Assembly: GCA_028699175.1 (NCBI GenBank)
Contig: JAQVVC010000001.1
Coordinates: 1-53,850, forward strand
Length of the DNA stretch: 53,850 nucleotides
Direction of reading: 5' to 3'
From: Bacilli bacterium
GTDB taxonomy: Bacteria > Bacillota_I > Bacilli_A > RF39 > UBA660
Of this stretch, positions 19,401-28,048 are shown in pieces. The notes beneath the pieces are model-generated. The model ran no database searches, was not told the DNA's origin, and saw only the letters and a program-made list of their open reading frames with translations. The position numbers and the translations under genes are program-made. How positions within the stretch are numbered: position 1 is the first letter of the stretch; the number at the start of each line of letters is the position of its first letter.

Positions 19401-19632
19401 TAATAATAAAAATAAATACAGTGATTTTCAATTAGAATGTGAAAATGGTAAAGAATGTGAAAGTGATTTTCTTACTTTGTGGGCGAAAAACTCTAATACT
19501 GAAGAATTATTAAATGATACAAGAAATAATAAATGGAAATATTTTATAAATGGAGCTTGGACTAGTGGTAATATATCTGATTTAATGGGAGGATATCCTC
19601 CAGAAACAAAAAATCTAACGGATTGGCCATAA
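16459..19632 (+). CDS. 1057-aa secreted cysteine-rich protein of unknown function
   Basis: Signal peptide MRQLKYGIFLLISLLFITVEVNA and no C-terminal anchor or LPXTG. Cys cluster SCYSSGDCGCCSDKCTGSCKTRY...SCGCGSSS. Translationally coupled on both sides. Confidence 0.7.
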   Translation: MRQLKYGIFLLISLLFITVEVNANTGICTGKDMDPYGYCNITPVKIDGSAIPEQLIKFTDGTSAIINSYSGFVIDRNQMMFCIDANHNAPGDQLYGLARPFDVTSSAYDRSIAKVYGAYINEVIWLMNQGNSKEAAYNRYLQMINVVMRAITIKYDYYMQGGSSQFFINNLLAYENVVKQLEGSKPTGKKLQEDATYYPILKKWYTEAMSGAQPVQIKLDFNSKNEDITTEYIGNNFTQTIPVTVKGLGEFTNPKYSVTNPSFKIKSVKCENEKLNCSLENTTPVNTNLLSGITGDKFEFKVIVKGDKTNFLDESSTKVIIEYEKYHILDIDNLAVLRYSNTEQQRQRMIALMPDTPQTASVKINISMPSMCEAEVTGGVQKYLYGGTPMSELNYLKTGCCNVDYDYLKNEEAKEYYLDNCSTGDIIHLVNVCNNETNEMSHSYVYQKEINKIMDQVNGAEDMYIKGSYSLGTLKNTLSNYDNNIDRVYSEDGISPRNDYCKMYTSEKQDIYYPGTAESTGGQFFVFREIGTNKFLQPKVNGEIYANFHTDVNRWLDDYKKAIEKEKEAYTSWQEAAALENAIGKLTSCYSSGDCGCCSDKCTGSCKTRYSGSNTAYADAGTYFKADGTDLKTVRARQSCGCGSSSRTSKPSPSASQRRNTYNKAKADRIKLEDFKEECEAKTNIKDDWKYQLSPELTFYYKQRINAESEDAPNPAELLTESVPMEISKEKVKYWEGISQNPIEKSYFGKPEKIIIDETYGDAKGDRIIEFPYDKTKDYQIGYTQELFYKPSVYYYSLVPSGKYIKSQEKKEGKSVLDVGYVFNIDITNYEGFYETWFEIENIGHLMKDPEDKPKLKSNIQKSVDDYIDDNKDKYLDHEDKVNTQLFASKCFYHNKEVLYKRDCLDCTDPSFEAQFFYRTISLNNVNPNDRVNTNWTSTKGDLAKKSVQSLGDQIYNDNTREYLEYSFILDPNDMKDIKDYNNKNKYSDFQLECENGKECESDFLTLWAKNSNTEELLNDTRNNKWKYFINGAWTSGNISDLMGGYPPETKNLTDWP

Positions 19633-19649
19633 GAGGATGTGAATAATAA

Positions 19650-20066
19650 ATGAAAGAAAGTTTATGGGGCTATTGGCTTGTGGTCTTAGGATTATTTATA
19701 ATATCGGTAATGATGTTGCTTCAAAATTATACAACAACAAATGAACAAGATTATTATTTATTAAAGGAAGTAACTGAAGCTTCAATGGCTGAGTCAATTG
19801 ACCTTGCTCATTATAGATTATATGGTGAAGTTAGAATTATTAAAGAAAAGTTTGTTGAAAATTTTTTAAGAAGATTTTCTGAAACAGTAAATATTAATAA
19901 AACTTATAAAATTGATTTTTATGATATTTATGAAGCGCCACCAAAGGTAAGTGTTAAAGTAACAACTAGTACTCAAGAATATGCTATAATGTCAGATACC
20001 GGTGATTTTGGGGTTGTTAATAAAATAGATTCAATTATTGAAGTATTAAATAATAAGGAGGAATAA
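19650..20066 (+). CDS. small N-terminally anchored protein (possible pseudopilin/TadE-like role)
   Basis: 138 aa with a single N-terminal hydrophobic helix (WGYWLVVLGLFIISVMMLL). No canonical prepilin cleavage motif seen. Confidence 0.5.
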   Translation: MKESLWGYWLVVLGLFIISVMMLLQNYTTTNEQDYYLLKEVTEASMAESIDLAHYRLYGEVRIIKEKFVENFLRRFSETVNINKTYKIDFYDIYEAPPKVSVKVTTSTQEYAIMSDTGDFGVVNKIDSIIEVLNNKEE

Positions 20067-20068
20067 GA

Positions 20069-20896
20069 ATGGGAAATATAGGGATATCGATAAAAAGATT
20101 TTTAGGTAATAAAAATACAGTTACAATTTTAGGTGTTATAATTGGAATATTAGTATTATATTTTGGTTATAACTGGCGAGTAAATCAAGCGATTGAACCT
20201 CTAACTGTTCCTTTTGCTAAAGAAGAAATACTTGGTAATGAACTTATTACTGATGAGAAAATCGGAACTGTTAAAGTTTCTAAAAACATGGTTGATACTA
20301 CTGATACTCTAATTACTAATCAAGCTCAAGTTAGAGGTAAATATGTTAGGTATGATACAACTATTCCTAAAGGAGGACTATTTTACAGTACCCAATTAAT
20401 GCTCGAAGAAGAATTACCTAATTCAGTTATAAAGGATATACCAGAAGGATACACTTTATATAGTTTAGCAGTTGATTTACATAGTACTTATGGTAATTCA
20501 ATAATGCCAGAAGATTATATAGATTTATATTTCAAAGCTGTAAATGATAATAAATTTGTTATGTTTGGTAAATTTATCGAAAGCATCAAGGTTTTAGCCG
20601 TAAAAGATTCGGCTGGAGAACATGTGTTTTCATCATCTTCTGATGGTGATCCTGCAGAATTATTATTTGCTGTACCTGATGATTATTACTTACTTTTAAG
20701 GAAAGCTGGTTTTATAACTACCAATAATATCGAAATAATTCCGGTACCAAGAAATAAAGATTATAGTGAAAATCCTACTGATACAGTAATTACTAGTGAA
20801 GAAATCAAAGCTTTTATTAATTCAAAAGCAGTAGATGCTAGGCAAAATGTTGGAACTAATCCAATTGATACAGAACCAATAGAAGTAGCAGAATAA
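20069..20896 (+). CDS. CpaB/RcpC-like pilus-assembly protein
   Basis: N-terminal TM and a SAF-like segment (PFAKEEILGNELITDEKIGTVKVSKNMV). Then GYTLYSLAVDLHSTYGNSIMPEDYIDLYF and IKVLAVKD follow the CpaB pattern. Confidence 0.55.
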   Translation: MGNIGISIKRFLGNKNTVTILGVIIGILVLYFGYNWRVNQAIEPLTVPFAKEEILGNELITDEKIGTVKVSKNMVDTTDTLITNQAQVRGKYVRYDTTIPKGGLFYSTQLMLEEELPNSVIKDIPEGYTLYSLAVDLHSTYGNSIMPEDYIDLYFKAVNDNKFVMFGKFIESIKVLAVKDSAGEHVFSSSSDGDPAELLFAVPDDYYLLLRKAGFITTNNIEIIPVPRNKDYSENPTDTVITSEEIKAFINSKAVDARQNVGTNPIDTEPIEVAE

Positions 20897-20924
20897 AGTT
20901 TAAGAATAAAAAGGAGGCCCAAAA

Positions 20925-22025
20925 ATGACAGATGCAATTTTTTCACAATTAGATTTTGGTCCATTAAATGAATTTATTAACGATGATAATATTACTGATG
21001 TTTCATACAGCAATGGGGGTCAAGTTTGGCTAAAAACCCTTGATAAAGGGGTATATCAGGTTCAAAGGCCAGAAATTAATAATGCTTTAATGGAAAAGCT
21101 TGCCTTTCAGTGTTCAAATGTCATGGGAAAAACATTTAATATGGCTCATCCATTTTTAGATGCTGAAAGTGCTGAACTTCGTTTGAATTTTGTTCATGAT
21201 TCAATCGCAACAAATGGAATAGCTTGTGTTATTCGTAAAACACCAGCTAAAATAAGATTAAAAAAAGAAAAATTATTAGATGAAAAATATGTTACATTGC
21301 AAGTACATGATTTTCTTATTAAATGTGTTGAAGGGCATTGTAATATTATTGTTAGTGGTGAAACTGGTTCAGGTAAAACCGAACTTGTTAAATATCTAGC
21401 AAGTCATACAAAAGAAGATGAAAAACTTATTACAATTGAAGATACATTAGAACTTCACCTTGATAGAATATTTCCTCATCGTGATATAGTGGCGATGAAA
21501 ACAAACAATATTGCTTCTTATTCTGATGTTCTTGTTACTTGTATGAGACAAAATCCAAGATGGATTTTATTATCTGAAGTACGTAGTGCAGAAGCGGTAA
21601 TGGCAGTTCGTAATTCTATTTCATCAGGTCATAATATTTTATCTACTATTCATTCAGATAAAGCTGAAAGTATTCCAATGAGAATGTATTCACTACTTGA
21701 AGGGGATCAAGATATTGAGCAATTTTTATCTTCCATTCATAGATATGTTCAACTTGGAGTATATGTAAAAGGTTATATGAGCAAAGAACGAGGTAGGTTT
21801 CATCGAGAAATAATGGAAGTTTGCGAATTTTTTGTTGATGAAAATAATGTCGCTTGTAAGAATATTATTTATAAAAAAATGATGGATGGAACCTTCTTTA
21901 TGAAAAATCCAACTAAATATTTGCTTGAGTATTTATCAATACAAGGGGTAATTCTTCCAAGTGATACATTTAAATTAGGCAGTGAAAATGACGGAAGTCA
22001 AAAAGAAGTCAAAATGACTTCATAA
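20925..22025 (+). CDS. CpaF/TadA/VirB11-family secretion ATPase
   Basis: Walker A VSGETGSGKTE, Asp box ITIEDTLEL, Walker B RQNPRWILLSEVR and His box GHNILSTIHS. Confidence 0.85.
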   Translation: MTDAIFSQLDFGPLNEFINDDNITDVSYSNGGQVWLKTLDKGVYQVQRPEINNALMEKLAFQCSNVMGKTFNMAHPFLDAESAELRLNFVHDSIATNGIACVIRKTPAKIRLKKEKLLDEKYVTLQVHDFLIKCVEGHCNIIVSGETGSGKTELVKYLASHTKEDEKLITIEDTLELHLDRIFPHRDIVAMKTNNIASYSDVLVTCMRQNPRWILLSEVRSAEAVMAVRNSISSGHNILSTIHSDKAESIPMRMYSLLEGDQDIEQFLSSIHRYVQLGVYVKGYMSKERGRFHREIMEVCEFFVDENNVACKNIIYKKMMDGTFFMKNPTKYLLEYLSIQGVILPSDTFKLGSENDGSQKEVKMTS

Positions 22026-22044
22026 TATAAAATGGAGGTGCATA

Positions 22045-22938
22045 ATGGAATTAATTGTTTTATTATTAATAGCAATATTTGTATTAACATATCGAAAAAA
22101 TACCGGCGATAATTTTTATAAATTTCTTATGAATGAATTAGGAAATATTTATGGTAAATATGCACCTTATAGCTTTCAAATGGTCCGAGAAAAAACAAAA
22201 GAATTAGGGCAAGAATATACCGTGAAAGAATATATTTCCCAAATTACGATATTCGGTTTTTTAGGAGCCGTAGTAGGATTTTTATATTTTCAAAGTATAA
22301 TATGGGCAATTTGTTATGGTTTAGTTGCAATAGCTTTTATACCCTTTTTAGCTTATTTAAGATGTCAAAGAGTATATAGTGAGTATATATTTGAACAAAT
22401 CCAAGTGTATACAACTAATGTTATTATGGAGTTTAATACAACACAAAGTTTTGTTAGAGCTTTAGAAGGTGTAGCAGAATCAGGAGTACTAGAAAGTCCA
22501 GTATTAGATGATGTTAAATTAATGATTGATTTATCTTATCAAAATGGTACGATAGATGAATCTATTCAATATTTTGATAATAAATATCCTTATTATATGG
22601 TTAAAAATATGCATCAATTATTTTTACAAATAACTAAAGAAGGAGCTAAAGATTCAGGAGAATCACTAGAAAATATGCTTCTAGATATTGATATGCTTGT
22701 TGAAGGTGTATATCGTGATAAAATGGATCGAGCAACATTTCATAAGAAATTTTTGACCTTTGGTTTTGCCTTATATTTTTTAGTTATGTTAACTCAATTT
22801 CTATTAGGTAGTGATAATTATATAAAAATGTTAGAAGAATGGTATGTTCAGTTTTTACTTCATGCTATTTTAATCATAAATACCTACTTCTTAATAAATG
22901 GCGAGAAATTTTATAATGAAGATACGGGGGCTGAATAA
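22045..22938 (+). CDS. TadB-like (T2SSF-family) inner-membrane platform protein
   Basis: N- and C-terminal TM helices flank a cytoplasmic helical domain with the T2SSF-like pattern. Directly follows the ATPase. Confidence 0.55.
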   Translation: MELIVLLLIAIFVLTYRKNTGDNFYKFLMNELGNIYGKYAPYSFQMVREKTKELGQEYTVKEYISQITIFGFLGAVVGFLYFQSIIWAICYGLVAIAFIPFLAYLRCQRVYSEYIFEQIQVYTTNVIMEFNTTQSFVRALEGVAESGVLESPVLDDVKLMIDLSYQNGTIDESIQYFDNKYPYYMVKNMHQLFLQITKEGAKDSGESLENMLLDIDMLVEGVYRDKMDRATFHKKFLTFGFALYFLVMLTQFLLGSDNYIKMLEEWYVQFLLHAILIINTYFLINGEKFYNEDTGAE

Positions 22939-22940
22939 CG

Positions 22941-23729
22941 ATGTTAATAGAAGTCTTATTATTAGGAGTCCTTTTATATATTATCTTAGAATATAATGGC
23001 AGTATTAGTACTAATAAATTTATTATTGATAACAGTAATATATTTATAAAATTAAAAGAAAAAGATTATGATTTTTATGTTAAAGCAAAATATGGAGATT
23101 CAATTGATGTTGAAAAATTATTTAATATTAGATTGCGAAATGGTTTGTTTGTGATACTAATAATGCTCTTTCTTTTTATAACTAATATAAATTTTGCCAA
23201 TATTTTATTTTGTATAATAGCGGGTTATGGAGTATATAAATTATCTTATTTGTCACTTAAAAAATATTATAAAACTCATTTACATACAATAGATTTAATG
23301 CTTCCTTATTATTTAAAAAATTTAGAAATATTAGTTCAACATTATACTGTTCCAGTTGCATTAGGTAAATCAGTAGAAGATGCTCCTAAAATTTTTAGAG
23401 AAGGCTTAAAAACTTTAATTGAAAAAATTAATGCCGGTGATAGTACTATTAATCCTTATATGGATTTTGCTAAAGATTATCCTGTAAGGGATTCAATGAG
23501 AATGATGAGGTTATTATACCGTTTAAGTCTAGGTAGTAATGAAAGAAAACAAGAGCAATTATTAACTTTTTCTCGTAATATATCGAATTTACAACAAAAA
23601 GCTAGAGAATCAAGATATAAAGAAAGATTAGAAAAGATGGAAAGTAAAACAATGGTTATGTTAGTAACTACAGGGGTAGGAGTAATGGTATTGTTAATTA
23701 TTTCAATTTTGATGATGTTTACATCTTAA
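22941..23729 (+). CDS. TadC-like (T2SSF-family) inner-membrane platform protein
   Basis: Same architecture as the previous gene (LPYYLKNLEILVQHYTVPVALGKSVEDAP..., C-terminal TM). Confidence 0.5.
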   Translation: MLIEVLLLGVLLYIILEYNGSISTNKFIIDNSNIFIKLKEKDYDFYVKAKYGDSIDVEKLFNIRLRNGLFVILIMLFLFITNINFANILFCIIAGYGVYKLSYLSLKKYYKTHLHTIDLMLPYYLKNLEILVQHYTVPVALGKSVEDAPKIFREGLKTLIEKINAGDSTINPYMDFAKDYPVRDSMRMMRLLYRLSLGSNERKQEQLLTFSRNISNLQQKARESRYKERLEKMESKTMVMLVTTGVGVMVLLIISILMMFTS

Positions 23730-23753
23730 TATAAAGCAAAAAAATATAAAAAT

Positions 23754-23775
23754 TGACAAATTTGTCATTTTTTTT
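23754..23775 (+). terminator. perfect 14-bp palindrome plus T-run after the Tad-like operon (terminator or operator)
   Basis: tgacaaatttgtca (23754-23767) followed by T8. The stem would be short, so an operator role is equally possible. Confidence 0.35.
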
Positions 23776-23785
23776 AATTTAGGGG

Positions 23786-23814
23786 TTGCTTTTTATAAAA
23801 TTAATCGATATAAT
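23786..23814 (+). promoter_or_regulatory. sigma-A type promoter of a non-coding unit
   Basis: TTGCTT (23786-23791), 17-nt spacer, TATAAT (23809-23814). Confidence 0.5.
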
Positions 23815-23820
23815 ATAATT

Positions 23821-24214
23821 GCTTAAGGTAAATTAGAACAATCAATTAATGACTTGCATAATTTTTCCAAAAGAAAAGTTATGCATAAAAATTATTAGAA
23901 ATAATAATTTTATAAATTTATTTATTAAATTTAACAAAATAATTTTTACTAAAATTAAAATTATTAAAAATTTAATAAATGATAATTAATTTTGTTTTAA
24001 TTAAAGTAATGAAGTTTTACGAAAGTAAAATCTTATCTACGGTAAGCGGGACAATTGTTTTCGGAGAGTGTGTTACTCCAAATGATAGGTAGTTACCGGG
24101 TTGTACTGATAATACTCCGCAATCATATATATTATATTTTTAATTAAATATAATGTGTATTGTGACTATTCATCAAACCAGACTAGATAATTTATCAGAT
24201 TATCTAGTTTTTTT
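23821..24214 (+). ncRNA. unassigned non-coding transcript with structured GC-richer core and intrinsic terminator
   Basis: No SD-preceded ORF. GNRA hairpin gttttac-GAAA-gtaaaat (24014-24031). Helix cggtaa (24040-45) / ttaccg (24093-98) encloses ggag/ctcc pairings. Strong terminator ctagataa...ttatctag plus T7 (24181-24214). Confidence 0.45.
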
Positions 24215-24215
24215 G

Positions 24216-24244
24216 TTGCATTAAGTGTTTTGATTTGTTATAAT
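24216..24244 (+). promoter_or_regulatory. sigma-A type promoter of the 4-gene McrB-like cassette
   Basis: TTGCAT (24216-24221), 17-nt spacer, TATAAT (24239-24244), immediately after the upstream terminator. Confidence 0.55.
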
Positions 24245-24272
24245 TTATTATAGAATAGAGGTTTATTAAGGG

Positions 24273-25400
24273 ATGAATGATTGGATTAGTGTGTATAAAA
24301 AAAATAAAAAAACAAATCTTTATCAATATATGTATTTAATATCCAACATATTGTCCATTGATAATAAAAAAATCTTAGGTAGTAAAAAAAGAACCTCTGA
24401 AATTTTAGAAAAAATATGTGAAATATATATCGACGAGATTTATTTAAATAATAATAAGAAAATTAATTTAAGTAACATGTTTATAGAAAATAAATATATT
24501 GATGATTATAAATTACATAAAGAAATATATTCGGTGATCAAATTTTTTATAAAAAATAATATTGTTCTTGATATTAAAAATAATGAAAAAGATATTATCT
24601 TAATTGCAGTATTTATTAAATTAGCTATCGAATTGGACAGTTTAACAAATCCATTTACAAATGAAAAAATAAATATATATAATTTAGCTACTGAATATAT
24701 AAATTTATATCACAAAATAGATTTTATTTATTTGATAGATCAAGGTAAGAAGAATACTAAGTTATTAATTGATGCAATTAAAATAAACTTTGTAAAAGAA
24801 AAAAAGTTTTTTAGTATTTTAACAAGTGATAACTCATTTAATAAATATATTAGAATAAATGAAAATGTTCCCTATTATATTACTCAATATAATTACTATA
24901 TTAAAAGTTTAGAAAATTATAATCCAAAACCGATAAAAAATGTTTATGAAACATCAAAAATAGATGAGCAATTCACTTTTATAAGTATTGAATTAGCAGT
25001 TATTACTTTAGTAAAAGAAATCGCAGTTCAAAAAGATTTAAGCACTTTCTTAATTCCTGTTAAATTAGATTTTTTTGAAAAAGACAAAAATATAAAGGAT
25101 TTAAAATCAATATTTGAATTAAAAATAATCAATAAAAAAATAAAAATACTTATAAATTATGATGATATAAATAATAATTTACTTAATATATTAAAAAGAA
25201 ATAAAATAGATTATTATATATATTGTAATAAAAATGCAACTATAACCAATTTTGAAGAGAATGAAAAATATGTTTTTAGTAAAGAATTTATTAAAAAATA
25301 TCAACTTGAAGCAAGAAATAACGTTATACTAGAAACAATAAATGTATATATGAAAGATAATGATATATTATTTTTGAAAGGTAAGGAGAATAAAATATGA
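24273..25400 (+). CDS. hypothetical cytoplasmic protein (cassette gene 1)
   Basis: 375 aa, very Lys/Asn/Ile-rich, with no TM and no motif recognised. Stop overlaps the next start (ATGA). Confidence 0.6.
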   Translation: MNDWISVYKKNKKTNLYQYMYLISNILSIDNKKILGSKKRTSEILEKICEIYIDEIYLNNNKKINLSNMFIENKYIDDYKLHKEIYSVIKFFIKNNIVLDIKNNEKDIILIAVFIKLAIELDSLTNPFTNEKINIYNLATEYINLYHKIDFIYLIDQGKKNTKLLIDAIKINFVKEKKFFSILTSDNSFNKYIRINENVPYYITQYNYYIKSLENYNPKPIKNVYETSKIDEQFTFISIELAVITLVKEIAVQKDLSTFLIPVKLDFFEKDKNIKDLKSIFELKIINKKIKILINYDDINNNLLNILKRNKIDYYIYCNKNATITNFEENEKYVFSKEFIKKYQLEARNNVILETINVYMKDNDILFLKGKENKI

Positions 25401-26905
25401 ATGTATATGGGGAATTTTTCCTAAAGTTTATGGAGCCCTTTTTTGGAGGTATAATAAGTTTATTTACTGAACTAGGTAAGTCACTTTTTAGAATATTTAA
25501 TATCCTTACTTATATTGATATTATTAAAGAATATATAACTGAATTAAGTGGCATAGGAATAGTTATGGTAGTTATAGCTACACTTTGCTTATTATTATTG
25601 TTTGGTTTATTCTTCTTCTTTGTTTATAAATTAATAAGTAATTTTGTAAAATATCGTCAAAGAATGAAACATCAAGAATCATTAGTTGAAGAAATAGATA
25701 ATTTAAATAATGAAGTTATAAAACTTAAAAGTGAAAATGAAAAATTTCTTAATATGACTGATCCTAATTCTGGTGAAATTGAGTATGATGAAGAGGGAAA
25801 TGTAATTAATAAATTATCAGAAGGTGAGAGCAGATTCTTTAAATTAACTCAAGTAGATAATATGATGGAAACTTATGAAGCAAAAATATATGCAGAAATT
25901 ACATCTTTAGAAAGTTTATGTCAAGATTTTTTAAATTATTCAGCTTCTAAATTAGGATTATATTATGATATTTCTTTAATAAGATTATTTGTAGCTGCAT
26001 TTGCTTCAAATAGATTGATAATATTGCAAGGTATATCAGGTACTGGTAAAACATCACTTGCATATGCTTGGGGAAACTTTGTCAATAATAATACTGTAAT
26101 AGCACCTGTTCAACCTTCTTGGCGAGATAGTTCAGAGTTATTTGGATATTTTAATGAATTTACGAAAAGGTTTAATGAAACTGAAGTATTAACTAAGATG
26201 TATGAAGCTAAATATCTAGATAATGTATATACAATATTGTTAGATGAAATGAATATATCACGTGTTGAATATTATTTTGCTGAAATGCTTTCGATATTGG
26301 AACTTCCATCGGCAGATGAATGGGTTATTGATTTAGTTCCGAATACATGGGCTAATGATCCGAAATTACTTGAAAATGGACGTTTAAAAATCCCATTTAA
26401 TATGTGGTATGTAGGGACAATAAATAATGATGATTCTACATTTATGATAACTGATAAAGTATATGATCGTGCTATGCCAATAAATATTGATACAAAAATA
26501 CCTCCATTTGAAGCTCCCGATACTGAAGCAATTAATTTATCAAGCAAGAACTTCATTGATTTATTTAATAAATCAAAAGATGAACATCCAGTTAGTGAAG
26601 AAACATTAAATAAAGTGGCTGAAATGGATGATTATGTTATAACTCATTTCCGGATTGCATTTGGTAATCGTATTGTCAAACAACTAAGAGATTTTATTCC
26701 TGCTTATGTTGCTTGTGGTGGTGATGAAATGGTGGCAGTTGATTACATAATTGCTCATAAGATATTGAGAAAGTTTGATCAATTAAATTTATCATATATA
26801 AGAAATGAAATAGATGGATTTATTACCTTTTTAAATCAAACATTTGGACAAGATGTAATGAAAGAGTGTATTATTTATTTAGAAAGACTTAAAAAAACAA
26901 TATAG
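25397..26905 (+). CDS. membrane-anchored, coiled-coil McrB-like AAA+ (AAA_5 / COG1401-type) NTPase (cassette gene 2)
   Basis: TM helix GIGIVMVVIATLCLLLLFGLFFFFVY and coiled coil ESLVEEIDNLNNEVIKLKSENEKF. Walker A ILQGISGTGKTSLA, then VQPSWRDSSELFGYFN. Walker B ILLDEMNISRVEYYFAEMLSILE and VGTINNDDSTFMITDKVYDRA. The last three are McrB-family hallmarks. Confidence 0.75.
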   Translation: MNVYGEFFLKFMEPFFGGIISLFTELGKSLFRIFNILTYIDIIKEYITELSGIGIVMVVIATLCLLLLFGLFFFFVYKLISNFVKYRQRMKHQESLVEEIDNLNNEVIKLKSENEKFLNMTDPNSGEIEYDEEGNVINKLSEGESRFFKLTQVDNMMETYEAKIYAEITSLESLCQDFLNYSASKLGLYYDISLIRLFVAAFASNRLIILQGISGTGKTSLAYAWGNFVNNNTVIAPVQPSWRDSSELFGYFNEFTKRFNETEVLTKMYEAKYLDNVYTILLDEMNISRVEYYFAEMLSILELPSADEWVIDLVPNTWANDPKLLENGRLKIPFNMWYVGTINNDDSTFMITDKVYDRAMPINIDTKIPPFEAPDTEAINLSSKNFIDLFNKSKDEHPVSEETLNKVAEMDDYVITHFRIAFGNRIVKQLRDFIPAYVACGGDEMVAVDYIIAHKILRKFDQLNLSYIRNEIDGFITFLNQTFGQDVMKECIIYLERLKKTI

Positions 26906-26920
26906 TAAAGGAGTAATGTT

Positions 26921-28021
26921 ATGACTGAAGGATTATTAGATTTAGTTAATAATGTCCCAACTGATGATTTAGATTTGTTTTCATCCAAAACAAAATCAAT
27001 ATTAACTGCAAAAAAATATGTTGAAAAAGTATCAGTAGATTTTTCATGGGTAGATGAGATTTATGAATCAATTCCTTATATCGACAATATAATTCGTAAT
27101 CCAAGGCGTTTTATTACTCAAGAAGAAGACGTAATTAGAATTGAAAAAGTTAAAAAAGTTAGTGAAGAATCAATAAAGCACCTAGCTCAACATACTTCTT
27201 TAATTCAAAAAGTTGATCAAGATGGAACGGTAAAACCGCTTAAATTATTAAATGTATTTAAAGAAGAAACAATTGATTTATATGAAAATAGATTTATTTA
27301 TTCATTAGTAAATAATTTAAATGTATTTATTCAAGGTCAGTTAATATATAAAGATGAAGAATCATTTAATAAAGAAGTTAAAACAGTTAATTATGAAGCT
27401 CAAACAAAATTTGAAAAAGAAGATATTACAATTAAACTTTTAATAAGATCAGCTAATTATGAAAACTTAACTATATCTAATGAAAAAGCCAAAGATTTAA
27501 AAGAAAAATTGAATTACATTGCTGATATTTTAGATGATTTTATGAGTAGTGTTTTTATGAAAACTATGAGAAATGCTACGCCAGTTAGATCACCAATTAG
27601 AAAAACAAATATAATACTTAAAGATGTTAATTTTATTTATGCTTTAAAATTATGGGAATTTTTAGAAGGCTTTCAAGTTGAAACACCTCTTAAAAAATAT
27701 AAAGAGACGATTGATTTAGCTAATAACAAACTCGATAGTAATTATGCTTTAACTTATTATTTAAATTATTATTTTTTAAATGATAGAGATCGTAATGAAA
27801 CTGATGAAACTAGTAAACATGCTGGTTTAAAAAAAATAATATTTGACACTGCTAAAGATTTTGATAATGATGAAATTGAATTAAGAAAATTATTAAATAA
27901 TGAATTAAAATTAGCGGCAAAGTATAAACAAGATCAAATAAAGGGAATTAGTATTTCATTTAAAGATTTTATTGATAATCATCGTAACAAAATGAAAGAA
28001 GCATTATTCATTTTAAAATAA
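26921..28021 (+). CDS. hypothetical protein in the McrC position, no PD-(D/E)xK motif visible (cassette gene 3)
   Basis: 366 aa with SD AAGGAG upstream. DLYENRFIYSLVNNL weakly recalls DUF2357/McrC-associated regions (from memory). I found no D...ExK nuclease signature. Confidence 0.55.
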   Translation: MTEGLLDLVNNVPTDDLDLFSSKTKSILTAKKYVEKVSVDFSWVDEIYESIPYIDNIIRNPRRFITQEEDVIRIEKVKKVSEESIKHLAQHTSLIQKVDQDGTVKPLKLLNVFKEETIDLYENRFIYSLVNNLNVFIQGQLIYKDEESFNKEVKTVNYEAQTKFEKEDITIKLLIRSANYENLTISNEKAKDLKEKLNYIADILDDFMSSVFMKTMRNATPVRSPIRKTNIILKDVNFIYALKLWEFLEGFQVETPLKKYKETIDLANNKLDSNYALTYYLNYYFLNDRDRNETDETSKHAGLKKIIFDTAKDFDNDEIELRKLLNNELKLAAKYKQDQIKGISISFKDFIDNHRNKMKEALFILK

Positions 28022-28048
28022 TTTTAAATTAATGGAAGGGAGAAAAAA

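Noticed and set aside
23849-23990. ~46-codon ORF (MTCIIFPKEKLCIKII...) inside the non-coding unit
   Set aside because: There is no SD, and the translation is extreme Ile/Asn/Lys low complexity, as expected from about 15% GC spacer DNA. It cannot be excluded without expression data.
24040-24120. Known riboswitch identity for the non-coding core (guanidine-I/ykkC, c-di-GMP-I or glycine considered)
   Set aside because: ACGGTAAGCGGGACAA...CGGAGAG loosely resembles the 3' part of ykkC, and TAGGTAGTTACCG resembles the GEMM-I tail. However, the obligatory partners are absent (the GGGUUCCG/GGUCCGAGAG half of ykkC; ACGCAAAGC of GEMM-I; CACCGAAGG of glycine). The downstream operon also has its own promoter after the terminator.
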